A stretch of DNA of 64,000 nt from Minutocellus sp. GHC0000111 (lineage: Eukaryota). The stretch is from assembly GCA_977018835.1 (NCBI GenBank), contig OZ361258.1, forward strand, positions 930,001 to 994,000. The letters are read 5' to 3'. A model generated the notes under the pieces. The model worked only from the letters and a program-made list of their open reading frames with translations. It was not told where the DNA came from and made no database searches. Of the stretch, positions 33,964 through 45,128 are shown piece by piece. Both the position numbers and the translations under genes were made by a program. The stretch's first letter is position 1. Each line of letters begins with the position of its first letter.

Positions 33964-36507
33964 ATGTCCTCAACGATGGATACACGTTCAAGTAGACGCC
34001 GGTCGCGCCATCTGGCCGGCCGCCTCGCCCTGTTCCTGGGCGTTGCCTCCTCTGCCTCCCGAAACAATTCCGGCAGTTCGCAGCAGCAGCAGCAATGCGA
34101 AATGACCGTACGGATACCTGCCTTGCCCTCGGCCATGGCCTTTGTCCCCCCGTCGTCCACCAAGGCTGTATCGAATCATCGGATTAGAAATATCAATCGC
34201 CGCACGGTGCCGCTGGTGCTCAAGGATCCCACCGACGTGGGGGGACAGACCACCGGCGGCGGCGACGGTGGGTATCCGCCGGAAAATGCACCCGCAAACA
34301 ATTCGGCTGGTCCCGAAAATTCTTATGCCACGCCATCCACCAGTAGCAGTAGTTGCAGTCCGTCCATTCCGAGCGATGTTGCCGTCCCGCTGATGGAACT
34401 GGAAGATCACGAGGACTACCTCAATAGAGAGTTTACCAACGATTTCATCCTCAACGGCGCCGGCCCTATTATTGAGGAGGGACTTTGGAATTCCAGTGGT
34501 TCGGGTCCAAAGACGACGGCACTGGAGGAGGAAGTAGCAGTAACTCTCGAGCAGGACGAATCTACCACCGCCATTGCATCGTCCGTGCCTGTCCTCGGCG
34601 GCGATCTGGACCCGTATCTGGCTGAGCACGAGGCAGCCGAGCAATTGTTCATCGAAACGGTCGTGAGGGAGGGCGACAACAACATCGTCCGGATCGAGGG
34701 CATCCCGCCTCTTGGCGCGCTTGATGACGACGGCAAGGAGGAGGAGGTGCCGTCCGTAAATGCCGACAAGGTCGATGCCTCATCATCAACAACAACAACA
34801 AAGTCGACGCAGTATCAGATCCCCACCCTGTCGCAAATCGTCAAGTTTGCCCTCCCGGCAACGGCCATCTACCTGTGCGATCCCCTCCTGTCCCTCATCG
34901 ACACGGCGTCGGTCGGCCTCCTGGCCAAATCCACGGCCCATCAGGCGGCCCTCAGCCCGGCCATTGCCGTGGTCAACTACTCGGCCCTCCTGCTGGCCTT
35001 TCTCTTCGTCGGGGCCACCAACTTTGTCGCCCAGGCGGCCGCCAAGACGAAGGTTGGTGCTGGAACGAATGTGGGCATCGACAGCGACGACAAGGACAAG
35101 GAGGAGAAGGATACTGCCGCCGCCGGTCCCGCCCAGATCCTGCTCTCGACCCTCCAAATCTCCCTCCACACTGGCACCCTCCTCGGCGTCGTCCTCTTCG
35201 CCCTGGCCCCGACCCTCATCGGCCTCCTCAGCGGGAGGGGGTCGCTCCCCCCCGAAGTGTTCCAACCGGCCGTCCAGTACGTGCGGATCCGGGCCCTGGG
35301 ATTTCCCGCCGCGGCCGTGTTGGGCAGCGCCCAGGCGGCCTGCCTGGGACTCAAGGATACCACCACCCCCCTCCTCGTGCTGGGGGCCGCCGCCGTGCTC
35401 AACGTGGTGGGCGATCTGAGTCTGGTGGGCGTGACCAGCAGCCCATGGTTGTTCGGTGCCGCCGGGGCGGCGTGGGCCACGACGATTGGACAGATGGCCG
35501 CCGTCGGATTGTTCCTGAGGTTGCTCAAGGCCAAGCCCAGGGCCAAGGACAACAAGGTGGTTGAGGATGATGATACCGTGGAAGCAGCCAAGGTGGGAAG
35601 TGGTGGGAGGTTAAGTTTGACCCGAATGTTCTCGCGGCGTCGTGCGTCGACCCAAACTGATGTTGGTGGTGCGGATGTGACTGCCGCTTTACCATCTGGC
35701 GATGCCGACGACGATGCCATCTCGGCCCGCGGATTCCTCGCCGAGCACAACTTTGAGCCCCATCACATCCTCCGCCTCCCGCCCAGGAGTACCGTGAGGC
35801 AGTTTTTGCCGTACGTCGTTCCCGTCACCACCACCTCGGTGGGCCGTGTGTCGTTGTTCCTGTCCATGGCGCACGTGGTGAGCAGCTGCATGGGCGTCGT
35901 GGGGATGGCCGCTCAGACCATTGCGCTGGGCATCTTTGATGCATTGTGTCCCCTCAGCCAGAGCCTGACCCTGGCCGCCCAGGCCTTTGTGCCCGGTGCC
36001 CTCGAAGAGCAGGATCGGCTTCGCCGGGCCGCCGAGCGAGAGGCCGAGGCCACGTCGTCCGGTGCTGCTGCCGAGCAGAAGAAATCGCGCGATGTTCTGG
36101 CCAAGTTCTCGCGCCAATTCCTCAAGGCCGGCGGGGCCTTCGGCCTCTTCACGGCCCTTTGCGCCACCTCCATCCCGTTCGTGTCCAGCCTCATGACGAC
36201 CGATGCCGCCGTTGTTTCGCAGATTGCCGCCGTTGTGCCCCACCTGGCCGCCATCTTTGCCCTGCATGGCCTCGTCATGTCCGCCGAGGGTGTCCTCCTG
36301 GGGAAGGAGGATGTCAATTTTCTCGGGTGCATGTACGGCGCCTTTTTCTTCATCATGCCCGCCTGGATGATGCGCGTCAAGCACGGGGCGCTGCATCTGG
36401 GCAAGGCGGCCGGCCTCGGCTCCGTTTGGAGTGTCTTCTTGATGTATCAGCTCATGCGGTCGATCCTTTGGGCTGGCCGTGCCGCCATGCCCACCAAGGA
36501 CAGGTAG
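33964..36507 (+). CDS. MATE (DinF-like) efflux transporter, probably organelle-targeted
   Basis: FALPA...DPLLSLIDTASVG, YVRIRALGFPA, AACLGLKDT.TPL, NVVGD, GAAGAAWAT; about 12 TM segments. Confidence 0.9.
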   Translation: MSSTMDTRSSRRRSRHLAGRLALFLGVASSASRNNSGSSQQQQQCEMTVRIPALPSAMAFVPPSSTKAVSNHRIRNINRRTVPLVLKDPTDVGGQTTGGGDGGYPPENAPANNSAGPENSYATPSTSSSSCSPSIPSDVAVPLMELEDHEDYLNREFTNDFILNGAGPIIEEGLWNSSGSGPKTTALEEEVAVTLEQDESTTAIASSVPVLGGDLDPYLAEHEAAEQLFIETVVREGDNNIVRIEGIPPLGALDDDGKEEEVPSVNADKVDASSSTTTTKSTQYQIPTLSQIVKFALPATAIYLCDPLLSLIDTASVGLLAKSTAHQAALSPAIAVVNYSALLLAFLFVGATNFVAQAAAKTKVGAGTNVGIDSDDKDKEEKDTAAAGPAQILLSTLQISLHTGTLLGVVLFALAPTLIGLLSGRGSLPPEVFQPAVQYVRIRALGFPAAAVLGSAQAACLGLKDTTTPLLVLGAAAVLNVVGDLSLVGVTSSPWLFGAAGAAWATTIGQMAAVGLFLRLLKAKPRAKDNKVVEDDDTVEAAKVGSGGRLSLTRMFSRRRASTQTDVGGADVTAALPSGDADDDAISARGFLAEHNFEPHHILRLPPRSTVRQFLPYVVPVTTTSVGRVSLFLSMAHVVSSCMGVVGMAAQTIALGIFDALCPLSQSLTLAAQAFVPGALEEQDRLRRAAEREAEATSSGAAAEQKKSRDVLAKFSRQFLKAGGAFGLFTALCATSIPFVSSLMTTDAAVVSQIAAVVPHLAAIFALHGLVMSAEGVLLGKEDVNFLGCMYGAFFFIMPAWMMRVKHGALHLGKAAGLGSVWSVFLMYQLMRSILWAGRAAMPTKDR

Positions 36508-36590
36508 ATGGATAGATTTGCCTTTGTACATAAATGAATAGAAATCAAGTCTATCAAATAAAAATGTGCATTCCCCAACATACTCTTACT

Positions 36591-38177
36591 CTATGCTTCG
36601 TCAAACTGATCGCAAGTGAATGAACCGTCATCTGCGCCCAGAGATGCAGCCTTGAATAGCGTCTTCTTTTCCTCCATACGGAACTTGACGGCGATCGCCT
36701 TCTCCGTTTGATATCCTTCAAGTTGGCGCAAGAGAGCTCCATCTTCTTCAATGGTTGTCGAAGAACTGCAGTACACTTGTGCCACAAGCGCCAATGTCAA
36801 GGCGCCAATCGCTTTATCACTCTCGGTGTATTTGAAGCAACTTTCGGAAACGCCTTCCTTACCCTTGAACTCAATGGCATCCATGCAACGCTCTAGCTGA
36901 CCTTCTACTGAATCTGCTGACGCAAAGGCGAGCAAATCTCTTCCCTGAGTACTGGCAATTGTGCCGTCTGAAGAAACGCACACATCTGGCATTTCGCTCC
37001 AGCCAATCTGTTTGAAGGCGGCCTCTGCATCTTTGTAACGGGGGATATGCTCACGTGGAATCATGGCGCAGTGGAAAGGGTTGTCTGGTGGGACAAAGCC
37101 AAAGACTTCCAAGTAAAGACTATTGTCCGTGCCTCCATATGCCTCGAATATCTGTTCTCCAGCATTGGGCACCTCCCGATCGGCACGCACGGCGATCGAT
37201 CCGTCTTCATTCCGAGTATGAAAGTTCACAAACGGCTCGCTCAACGGGCCTCCTGATCCATCGTATTTCGGCATGTGGTTCATCATATCCGCCAACGGTG
37301 TGAGATAATTGTTCCCATCTTGCAGTATCATGGCCCTTGAGCTGGATATTGCCACGTAGTGATGAAACGATTCAAAGGTGAGGCATCCCTCGTACAAGCG
37401 TTTGTGCCCGCGCTGCCTGGAGAAAATCTCGGCAAGGGTAGTTGTCAATGATTGCAACTGGCCCTTGTTCCATGCCACCATCAACTCCGACTTGGAATGT
37501 CGAGCCATGGAGGATAGATACTCATCCTGCAGCATGTCCAACGTTTCATCGTCAAACGTGTCCAACCGAGAAACATCCTCGGGCAGTATCTGCAGATAGG
37601 GCCATATTTCACTGGATTTACCAAGGGAACATTCCACCATGAGATACAAGGCAATGACGAAATCTTGCCGTGCCAATGGCAAACGAAAGGCAGAATTGGC
37701 AATCTTGTCGATCCTGTCTTGGAACATGATGAATCGCTTCGTCACCGACTCGGAGGTGATGATGGCTGAGGATGGGATGGTGAATAATTCGTCGTATTTG
37801 TGCACCGGTGCGCCCTTGGCTTGAACGCCACCTCCAAAGCCGGGAAATACGGCAAGGGAAACTTTGGGTGATATTTTGGCGCCTTTCTCTTCTTGGAGCC
37901 ATGTCAAAAATGTTCTGATTCGTACGTCTGGATCGGGCTCAATCGGTGGTAAATGCGGATGCGATTGGTATCGGACCATAACTTTTACTAAAATGGCAAC
38001 CAAGGCGGCTAGGACAGTGAACACCGCCAACACATGTGATGCTGGACCAAGAGACGACGACGAAGGACCAGTGGTGTTGGCCCGATCATCATTGTCGGCT
38101 GCAGACCTTCTGGCTGACCTCCTCTTCTTTCCTGGCGGCGGTCTCTGTTGCTGCTGACTACGATTGCAAGCTGGCAT
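36591..38177 (-). CDS. SET-domain methyltransferase (Rubisco LSMT/SETD3-like) with N-terminal TM
   Basis: G.GVQA, FTIP, PYLQILP, SSRA, PLADMMNH, GEQIFEAYG..N..L..FGF. Confidence 0.88.
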   Translation of the reverse strand: MPACNRSQQQQRPPPGKKRRSARRSAADNDDRANTTGPSSSSLGPASHVLAVFTVLAALVAILVKVMVRYQSHPHLPPIEPDPDVRIRTFLTWLQEEKGAKISPKVSLAVFPGFGGGVQAKGAPVHKYDELFTIPSSAIITSESVTKRFIMFQDRIDKIANSAFRLPLARQDFVIALYLMVECSLGKSSEIWPYLQILPEDVSRLDTFDDETLDMLQDEYLSSMARHSKSELMVAWNKGQLQSLTTTLAEIFSRQRGHKRLYEGCLTFESFHHYVAISSSRAMILQDGNNYLTPLADMMNHMPKYDGSGGPLSEPFVNFHTRNEDGSIAVRADREVPNAGEQIFEAYGGTDNSLYLEVFGFVPPDNPFHCAMIPREHIPRYKDAEAAFKQIGWSEMPDVCVSSDGTIASTQGRDLLAFASADSVEGQLERCMDAIEFKGKEGVSESCFKYTESDKAIGALTLALVAQVYCSSSTTIEEDGALLRQLEGYQTEKAIAVKFRMEEKKTLFKAASLGADDGSFTCDQFDEA

Positions 38178-38531
38178 GGTGTATTGTGGTGGGAAAATCG
38201 GTCAGTATCAGCAAAAGGGGAGGGAGATACTACTACAGCCGCTGTACCGCACCATCATGTTTCGCATGCTGACTGCTGCTCTGCTCCCTGCCCCGTCAAT
38301 GCGTCTGAGGAAGTACATATGCCAGAAACTGTGTCCTACGTAGTACGTACGAACTCCCGGCGAGCGAGGTTTTTGTGCGAAAGGTCAGCGACGTGGGCGT
38401 GTGCTTGGCGCACCCGCGGCCCACAGCCACAAGTGAAGCGAGGACCAGTTTGCGAGGACCATGGCAACGATACTCCATAGAATTTGTTGTAAAGCAACGC
38501 GGTAACTTCCCCTCAAAAAGCCAAATTGGGC

Positions 38532-40553
38532 ACAATGCCCACGCCCAGGGCCGGCAAGAGTCTGGGCATCGGCCTCCTCCCCCCACTCGACGAGCACGAA
38601 GAAGACGAAGAGGCCGGCAAAGACATTTACGACCACGATGATGGCGACGGAGATGATGGCGAGCCGTCCAACATTACTAGTAGCCCGTCGATCCAATCAC
38701 CGGTTAGCACGGCATATTCCCTAGGTGCTGGGTCGTTGGACCAGGCCCAGCATGAGCATGCCAGTACAACGCCGAGCATATCAAACAAAGCAGGCAAGAG
38801 AAGTCGCACGAGTACAGAATCAGCGATCACACCATCATATCGTGTTCTGTACGACGACCAAGACGATGCCGATGCACGGTCGGTACAAAGCGAAGGGAGT
38901 GCCCATAGTATCGTTAGCGCGACATCAGTAAGCAGCAGCCGATCGTTGGGAGTCGGCTCACTTTTGCCCCTCATTGAAGAGGAGACGGATGCAGCCGACA
39001 ACGCAAAAGAATCAGCAAACGAAGACAATGCAAACACAAACCAGCACACCCCAACGTTGAGCAACAAGGCTAAGCATCCAGTATGTCATTCTGCTGGTGC
39101 GGTCGATGCAGAGCCACTGCTGGGGGTCAACATTAGCCAACACTCGTCATCGAACGATGATCTGTTAGCACTTCATGCTCAGCATAATAATGACGATGCG
39201 ATTAGTGTTTTGAGTGGTCATTCTACATCTCTTCCATTGCCCTTGGCGTCTGACGAAGCGTTCTTTTCTCATAGAAGTGGCGGTTTGGAGCCTATGCGAA
39301 AGGGTCGGGATGATGTCCTACAGGAGGCAGATGAGACGTCAACTTTTGTCAGCGGGATAACCTTTGATGATGCGGGGGGAGAATCCCCCATGCGACAACG
39401 ATCGCAGCAGCAATCACGACGAGCTGTTGCTGATGACAATCGAAGCCACAAATCTGGAAAGAGCAAAAAGAAAAAGAAAGTGAAGAATCCATTTAAACGA
39501 AAGAAGAAAGGAAAGACAACTGGGAAAGAACATGGCGATAACGACTCGGCAAGTGTCTTTAGCGGCTTCAGTCGGGTGAGCGATTTGGCATCATCGGTTG
39601 TGTCTGGCCGAAGCACCAAGAGTCGGATGAGCATATCAACCATTGGCAGTACGAGAAGTCGCATATCATCACTCACGGGGAAACTTCGAAAACGTGGCAA
39701 GAAGAAGGAAAAGAGGAAAAAGACAGATGGAAATGCTGTCGGAAATGAGGATCGACAAAATCCATCAGCCGTCCCTCAGTCGACTCCGGCCAGGGTAGTT
39801 TTTGACAATCGATCCGCTGTGTCGTCATTGGCTTCATCGGCAGATGATAGCTATCCAGCAACACCTGTCCGCGGATCCCAAAATAAATTGAGCCATTCGC
39901 CATTAAACGGCGAATCGGCGGTCAACACCACGTTGCCAACTGTGGAATCTGGGGAAGAAGATAGCTCAGGTGGGGAAGGATCGACGCTCGGCAGTATCAT
40001 CTCAGCCTTATCTGTTGGGAGCACGGACATTAGTAAAACTTCGGAGCGCATAAAGCGAAAGAATCGAGCCTATCGACTGAAGAAGACAGGTCGTAAATCA
40101 AGGAAAGGTGATTCTGCTGGTGATTCTGTCAGTGAGACGTCGTCGGTAGATTTTGCGCAAAAATCGAGAGCTCCTCCGTCGGCAGAAAGCTCTGGAAGTG
40201 TGAGTAAGAAATTCCGGAGAAAAATATCTAAACGTAAATTGAATCCAAGCATCGCGAGCGACAGCAGCAATAGTCCATCAGAGAGTCAAATTAAGATGAA
40301 GTTGGGAGATTTTCTGATCCCTGATAGCTTGGCGGATCGGGCACCGGCAGAAGAAATCATGTTGAGACTTGGCATATCGAGTGAAATTGGACTTGAAGCG
40401 TTGGAGGAGCTAAGAAATCTTCCGCATCTCGAAATGATGGATAGAAAAGGGGCTGCGGTCCCCACTGTTCGCGTGTGTGGTGTGGAGGTTCCAGATTATG
40501 ATTCGTATGTCCAGAATTCGGTTGACCGGTTCCGGAAAAGGCTTGCCATTTGA
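38532..40553 (+). CDS. Ser/Lys-rich low-complexity protein of unknown function
   Basis: About 670-aa ORF with coding-like bias and a short ordered C-terminus. Confidence 0.7.
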   Translation, partial: TMPTPRAGKSLGIGLLPPLDEHEEDEEAGKDIYDHDDGDGDDGEPSNITSSPSIQSPVSTAYSLGAGSLDQAQHEHASTTPSISNKAGKRSRTSTESAITPSYRVLYDDQDDADARSVQSEGSAHSIVSATSVSSSRSLGVGSLLPLIEEETDAADNAKESANEDNANTNQHTPTLSNKAKHPVCHSAGAVDAEPLLGVNISQHSSSNDDLLALHAQHNNDDAISVLSGHSTSLPLPLASDEAFFSHRSGGLEPMRKGRDDVLQEADETSTFVSGITFDDAGGESPMRQRSQQQSRRAVADDNRSHKSGKSKKKKKVKNPFKRKKKGKTTGKEHGDNDSASVFSGFSRVSDLASSVVSGRSTKSRMSISTIGSTRSRISSLTGKLRKRGKKKEKRKKTDGNAVGNEDRQNPSAVPQSTPARVVFDNRSAVSSLASSADDSYPATPVRGSQNKLSHSPLNGESAVNTTLPTVESGEEDSSGGEGSTLGSIISALSVGSTDISKTSERIKRKNRAYRLKKTGRKSRKGDSAGDSVSETSSVDFAQKSRAPPSAESSGSVSKKFRRKISKRKLNPSIASDSSNSPSESQIKMKLGDFLIPDSLADRAPAEEIMLRLGISSEIGLEALEELRNLPHLEMMDRKGAAVPTVRVCGVEVPDYDSYVQNSVDRFRKRLAI

Positions 40554-40922
40554 AGATTCCTTTTCATCATGAATTCTTACATAAATCAAAGCTGCTGTAG
40601 ATCTGGTGTTGTTGCGACGTCTCTACTAGCTAGAGATCTACATGTACATGTACCGCCAACTTTGTTTTGTTTTCCCGCATGCATGGACTACATGCCTCGC
40701 GTGGCGCACTGAAATGGTTGAAATGAGATTTTGGCTTGCACTGCAATCCATGAATTCGAACTCATTGAAAATTTAGATATATTGGTATTTTCAATATACC
40801 TACGCGAATTTGACGCGTGCGTCTGAATTCTGCCAGCGAGAATGTAGCAAAAAGAAATGACGCTTTCTTCTCGTTGAAGTCAGACATTATATTGATTCGA
40901 TTCGCCCATAACAAAAAGAAAA

Positions 40923-41387
40923 ATGGTGAAATATATCGTCCAAGCTTTGGTTGTCCTCTCGGCCGGCGCCATCTCATTCGCTCGCGCCTCTGGTGATGAC
41001 TTCGATGTTGCTGCGGTCTCTTCTTCGGTCGACAATGTCGCAACAGAAACAGTGTCGACGACGTCAAACGACGAGAAAGAAGGTTTTACGCTTGACCTCT
41101 TCAAGAAAACCTGCATGATTTGCGACGATTCTGTGGCCGATGCCTCGATCGGTCGCACCATCAGCCGCGGCCTCCACCTTCGAGGAGCGGCTGGCAGCGC
41201 CTGCATCTTCGAGGCTTCTGCCGTAATCAGCAATGCCGAGGACTGTTGCAATGACAGCGAAACAGGCGAACCCTGGGATATAAATGATTTGACTGCCTTT
41301 CTCGTCACTGATCCTTTCCGCAGTGTCAATCGGGAGGATGCTACATCTTCCGCCGTGATGCTCAAAGATATTTGCGGTGACATTTAG
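40923..41387 (+). CDS. Small secreted Cys-containing acidic protein
   Basis: Signal peptide, RHL-like GLHLRG, six Cys. Confidence 0.7.
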   Translation: MVKYIVQALVVLSAGAISFARASGDDFDVAAVSSSVDNVATETVSTTSNDEKEGFTLDLFKKTCMICDDSVADASIGRTISRGLHLRGAAGSACIFEASAVISNAEDCCNDSETGEPWDINDLTAFLVTDPFRSVNREDATSSAVMLKDICGDI

Positions 41388-41602
41388 GGATTTCCGGCTA
41401 CATTTTGTACATACATGAAAAACGCCAATGCCGGAACTAAAAAAAGACGTGATAATGTTCACCGTTTTCACAAATATAATACATAATTTGCATACAGTCA
41501 GTGATCTTTGGGCCTATCAAAGGAAGTATTGCAATTCCACAGGCTTGAGTCGATCTAGTTGCGTCTACGTATATGCGTATTTTACAACATTGCTGCACTT
41601 GT

Positions 41603-42874
41603 TTATCGAACTACATCAATCAAGCTTCCTTCAGATATTGCTTTTGATGATGCATTCCTTGTCCACAGAAATGTTGCCATGCTATCCACCATCTCCTCGT
41701 GAATCATAGAAGCTTTACGAATAATCGCTCCCCAAAGCGGTGCATCTGTAAAGCTACCTGTCCTTCCCTTCTTGGATCCCTTTACATGAAGTGTCCTTGT
41801 TCCATACAAAGTCCCAGCTTTTCGTGCCTGATTGCTGACATATGTTACTGTCAGAAGGCCAGACTGCCCAGCACCATTCGGGGGGAGCATCCCGTAACCC
41901 AGCCCCAGGGAAGGATCGTGCAAAAGTAATCCCTCCACGTTGCAATCGGCAGATGCGCCATTGGCTGCCATTACAGCGGCACTGCCTCCGAAGCCATTTC
42001 CGGAAATGACAATGGGATAATTCTCACCAATGCTTTTACCGTTACTAGTACCAACATCGCTCTCTTCGTTATCAGCACGAGGCATCCAAGAAAATATTTC
42101 TTTTGGCAGATATTCCGCTGCATCCAACAACTCGCTGGCCCTTCTGGCCAACTTCTGCCGATCCGTCATCATGTATTCGCTGTATTTCAGCTGGGATCCG
42201 TCCGATTTCGTTGTATATGGCGACGCCGTCCCATCGGTATGCTCCAGAGCACCAACAATGATACCCTTGGAAGCCAACAACTCAAACAGAAGGACACAGG
42301 TGTCCATATTATGCCCAATGCCATGCGAATACAGCAACATGGGCCAGTGCTGGGTTGCCGCTATATGCATGCTCACATCGGCCAGGTGAGCATCCAAAAG
42401 GCAACCACTCGTCTTGGGTGCCAGCAATGATGGCCGACGTCCGTCTGTTCCATAGGGTGCGCGTGAGTCCTTATCACCCGGCTCTCTTCTATACTCCTCG
42501 TCAACTGGATAGAACACCCGCATCCGTGTTTTCTGTTTATTGGGCAGACGAATTGTCCGGCTACCGACCGGCAGTGACAGCTGCGGTGCTTCCGATATTA
42601 TTGATGACGGGCTGTCTGTTTGTGTATCTACATCATCAGTGACTTTGGGAGATACAGAGTGCAATACCGCAAAAGCAGCTGGCATCTTTGTCTTGCTGCT
42701 AGCAGCATTGTACATGGAGGATGGTACGATGGGAGCAGCATTGGGAACGGCATTGGAAAAGGCGGCAACTTTTGTGACACATGTTGTAGCGACAAAGAGC
42801 AACATGAAAACGAGAACATATTGTACTGATGGTGAAAACGCATCGAGAGCGGTATGCCGCCGATGTAACGCCAT
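41603..42874 (-). CDS. PAF-acetylhydrolase-like alpha/beta hydrolase, likely catalytically inactive
   Basis: RVFYP, YSHG, LASKG.IV.ALEHTDGTA, elbow GNGFGG, LHDP, SFTDAPLW; signal peptide with AAF. Confidence 0.75.
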   Translation of the reverse strand: MALHRRHTALDAFSPSVQYVLVFMLLFVATTCVTKVAAFSNAVPNAAPIVPSSMYNAASSKTKMPAAFAVLHSVSPKVTDDVDTQTDSPSSIISEAPQLSLPVGSRTIRLPNKQKTRMRVFYPVDEEYRREPGDKDSRAPYGTDGRRPSLLAPKTSGCLLDAHLADVSMHIAATQHWPMLLYSHGIGHNMDTCVLLFELLASKGIIVGALEHTDGTASPYTTKSDGSQLKYSEYMMTDRQKLARRASELLDAAEYLPKEIFSWMPRADNEESDVGTSNGKSIGENYPIVISGNGFGGSAAVMAANGASADCNVEGLLLHDPSLGLGYGMLPPNGAGQSGLLTVTYVSNQARKAGTLYGTRTLHVKGSKKGRTGSFTDAPLWGAIIRKASMIHEEMVDSMATFLWTRNASSKAISEGSLIDVVR

Positions 42875-43086
42875 AATTTTGTATCAGCACTCTTGGTTCC
42901 CTTGCAGTACTACGTAGCTAGCTAGAGTACTGAGTCAGTGGAATAAGTGCTGGAGCGGAGGCGAGACAGGAGGCATTCCAATTGTGATGCTTTATTGCCG
43001 AAAAAAGTAAAACTCGGAGAATTTCATCTCAAATCTCTCATGCCTTTTTATCTCGTGCCTCTCATTTTTCAGCAGAGCAGAGAACC

Positions 43087-44850
43087 ATGAGAAGACTTGG
43101 CAGCGGCCGCAACGTCCGAGACCGTCCCGCCCAGGGCGATCGACGAGAGGATCGCGTCAGCTACGACATGCAGCATGCTCTCGCCATGCGAGGACAGTCA
43201 GCCGCAGCAGCCGCCGATGCCGAGGCCTGCGCCGCCCGCGTCCGTCCCGCCACCTCTCCTCGAGCATCTCCCACGAAAAAGGCATCAAGTCCCACTTCGG
43301 GAGGCGCACCTCGCTCCCCGCCTGCAAACAGTGATCACAATGTGAAGGTGGCCCTTCGTGGCCTCGGTCAAGCCGAACAACTGGAAAAGTCTGGAGATTT
43401 GGAGCAATCACTGGAAATCTACCAGCTGTCCATCGAGGCGTTGATATCATATGTCAATGCATCTCCCACACGATCCGGTGCCGGTGGCGGCAAACATAGC
43501 GGAAATGATGGACCTGGATTGGACCGCGAGGCCGTGGCAGAACGGTGCCGAGTGGCACTGAGCGATGCCGAACGAGTCAAGGCCAAGTTGGAAAAGCAAA
43601 AGAAGAAAGGTGGTGGAAATACCAAGCCGAAACCGGCTGATGCCGCAACAGCGGGTATCACGAGTTATTTTTCTTCGGCATTGTCGGGTTGGCAGGGCTC
43701 AGAGCAGCCACCGAAGGAGATCAAATCCAGACCAAATTCAAACAATCATCGACAGGCGGCGTCGGAGGAAGAGGACGCTGGTCGACGAAAGAAGAAAAGT
43801 ATTAGCAATCCATCCAGGCAACGACCTTCGCCCAGGCATGAGCATGCATCTGGTCCGGCATCCCCTTCACCGACCTCGGCAAAGACCAGCCCCCAACGTC
43901 GTAAGCGGAGCAATTTGGATTATGCCAACGATCCGCTCGTGAAAACCATCAAGGATGATTTGTACGTAGATGGGTCTCAAGTCAAGGTCAAATGGTCGGA
44001 TGTGTCGGGTTTGGACGATGCCAAGCGTTCACTCCAAGAGGCTGCCATACTGCCGCTTCTGAGACCAGATCTGTACACTGGGTTGCGTTCGCCGCCAAAG
44101 GGTATACTGTTATATGGCCCTCCAGGAACAGGCAAGACGATGTTGGTCAAGGCTGTAGCGCATGAATCGCAGTGCATTCTATTTGCTTGCACGGCGTCGG
44201 CATTGACCAGCAAGTGGCACGGCGAGGGCGAGAAGCTCGTGAGAACGCTTTTCCGCATGGCGGCCGATGTGGCACCTAGCATTTTATTCTTTGACGAGAT
44301 TGACGCCTTGCTGTCCAGTCGCAAGGCGGAGGGCGAGCACGAGGCCAGTCGTCGATTCAAAACAGAATTCATGGTGCAGGTCGATGGCGTAGCTAGTGGT
44401 GGCTCCGATGACGACGTACAGCGTCGCGTTTTAGTCATTGGATGTACTAATTGCCCTTGGGATATCGATGATGCAGTAATGAGACGTTTCCAGCGTCGGA
44501 TATACATTCCTCTTCCAGATGCTGAGGCGCGCAAGGCTTTGCTTCGCAACATGTTGAAAAAGGCATCGGATCATAACATCAAGACATCTGGTCAGATATC
44601 CCAGCTCGTCAAACTCACTGAAGGATATTCGTGCTCGGACATCGCATCGATAGCTCAAGAGGCTGCATTTGGACCGCTGCGATCGCTCGGTGGAATGAAC
44701 GATATCCGAGATGCGCGAACCCAGGATGTTAGGCCAATTGATTTGAATGATTTCAAGGATGCAATATCCAAGAGTAAAAGGAGTGTGACGGCCGGTCTGC
44801 TTGCCAAATATGACAGTTGGGAAAAGGAGCAGATGGCAGGTGGGCGATAG
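43087..44850 (+). CDS. SPAST: Spastin-like AAA+ ATPase with MIT-like domain
   Basis: GILLYGPPGTGKT, SALTSKWHGEGEKLVR, FFDEID, EHEASRRFKTEF, RRFQRRIY. Confidence 0.88.
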   Translation: MRRLGSGRNVRDRPAQGDRREDRVSYDMQHALAMRGQSAAAAADAEACAARVRPATSPRASPTKKASSPTSGGAPRSPPANSDHNVKVALRGLGQAEQLEKSGDLEQSLEIYQLSIEALISYVNASPTRSGAGGGKHSGNDGPGLDREAVAERCRVALSDAERVKAKLEKQKKKGGGNTKPKPADAATAGITSYFSSALSGWQGSEQPPKEIKSRPNSNNHRQAASEEEDAGRRKKKSISNPSRQRPSPRHEHASGPASPSPTSAKTSPQRRKRSNLDYANDPLVKTIKDDLYVDGSQVKVKWSDVSGLDDAKRSLQEAAILPLLRPDLYTGLRSPPKGILLYGPPGTGKTMLVKAVAHESQCILFACTASALTSKWHGEGEKLVRTLFRMAADVAPSILFFDEIDALLSSRKAEGEHEASRRFKTEFMVQVDGVASGGSDDDVQRRVLVIGCTNCPWDIDDAVMRRFQRRIYIPLPDAEARKALLRNMLKKASDHNIKTSGQISQLVKLTEGYSCSDIASIAQEAAFGPLRSLGGMNDIRDARTQDVRPIDLNDFKDAISKSKRSVTAGLLAKYDSWEKEQMAGGR

Positions 44851-45128
44851 ACCTTGTAGGAAGTAAACATAGAACCAGGGATGCCGCTACCTAGATGCGT
44901 TATGTGCAGATCTACATGCACCAAGGATATTGTTAGCACTCTTCCTGAAGTCAAGGCAGGCATCGTTATGGGTTCGCACTTCGGCTTCGGTTCGCACCGG
45001 CGACTAACTAAAAAGCCCCGCCCATGCCACAAAGATTCGGATCGAAAAGACGGTCTGCATTGCCTCATCAACCTGAACCGAACACACAAAACAAGCAACA
45101 TCGTCTCAATTTTGCAATCATTGCGACC

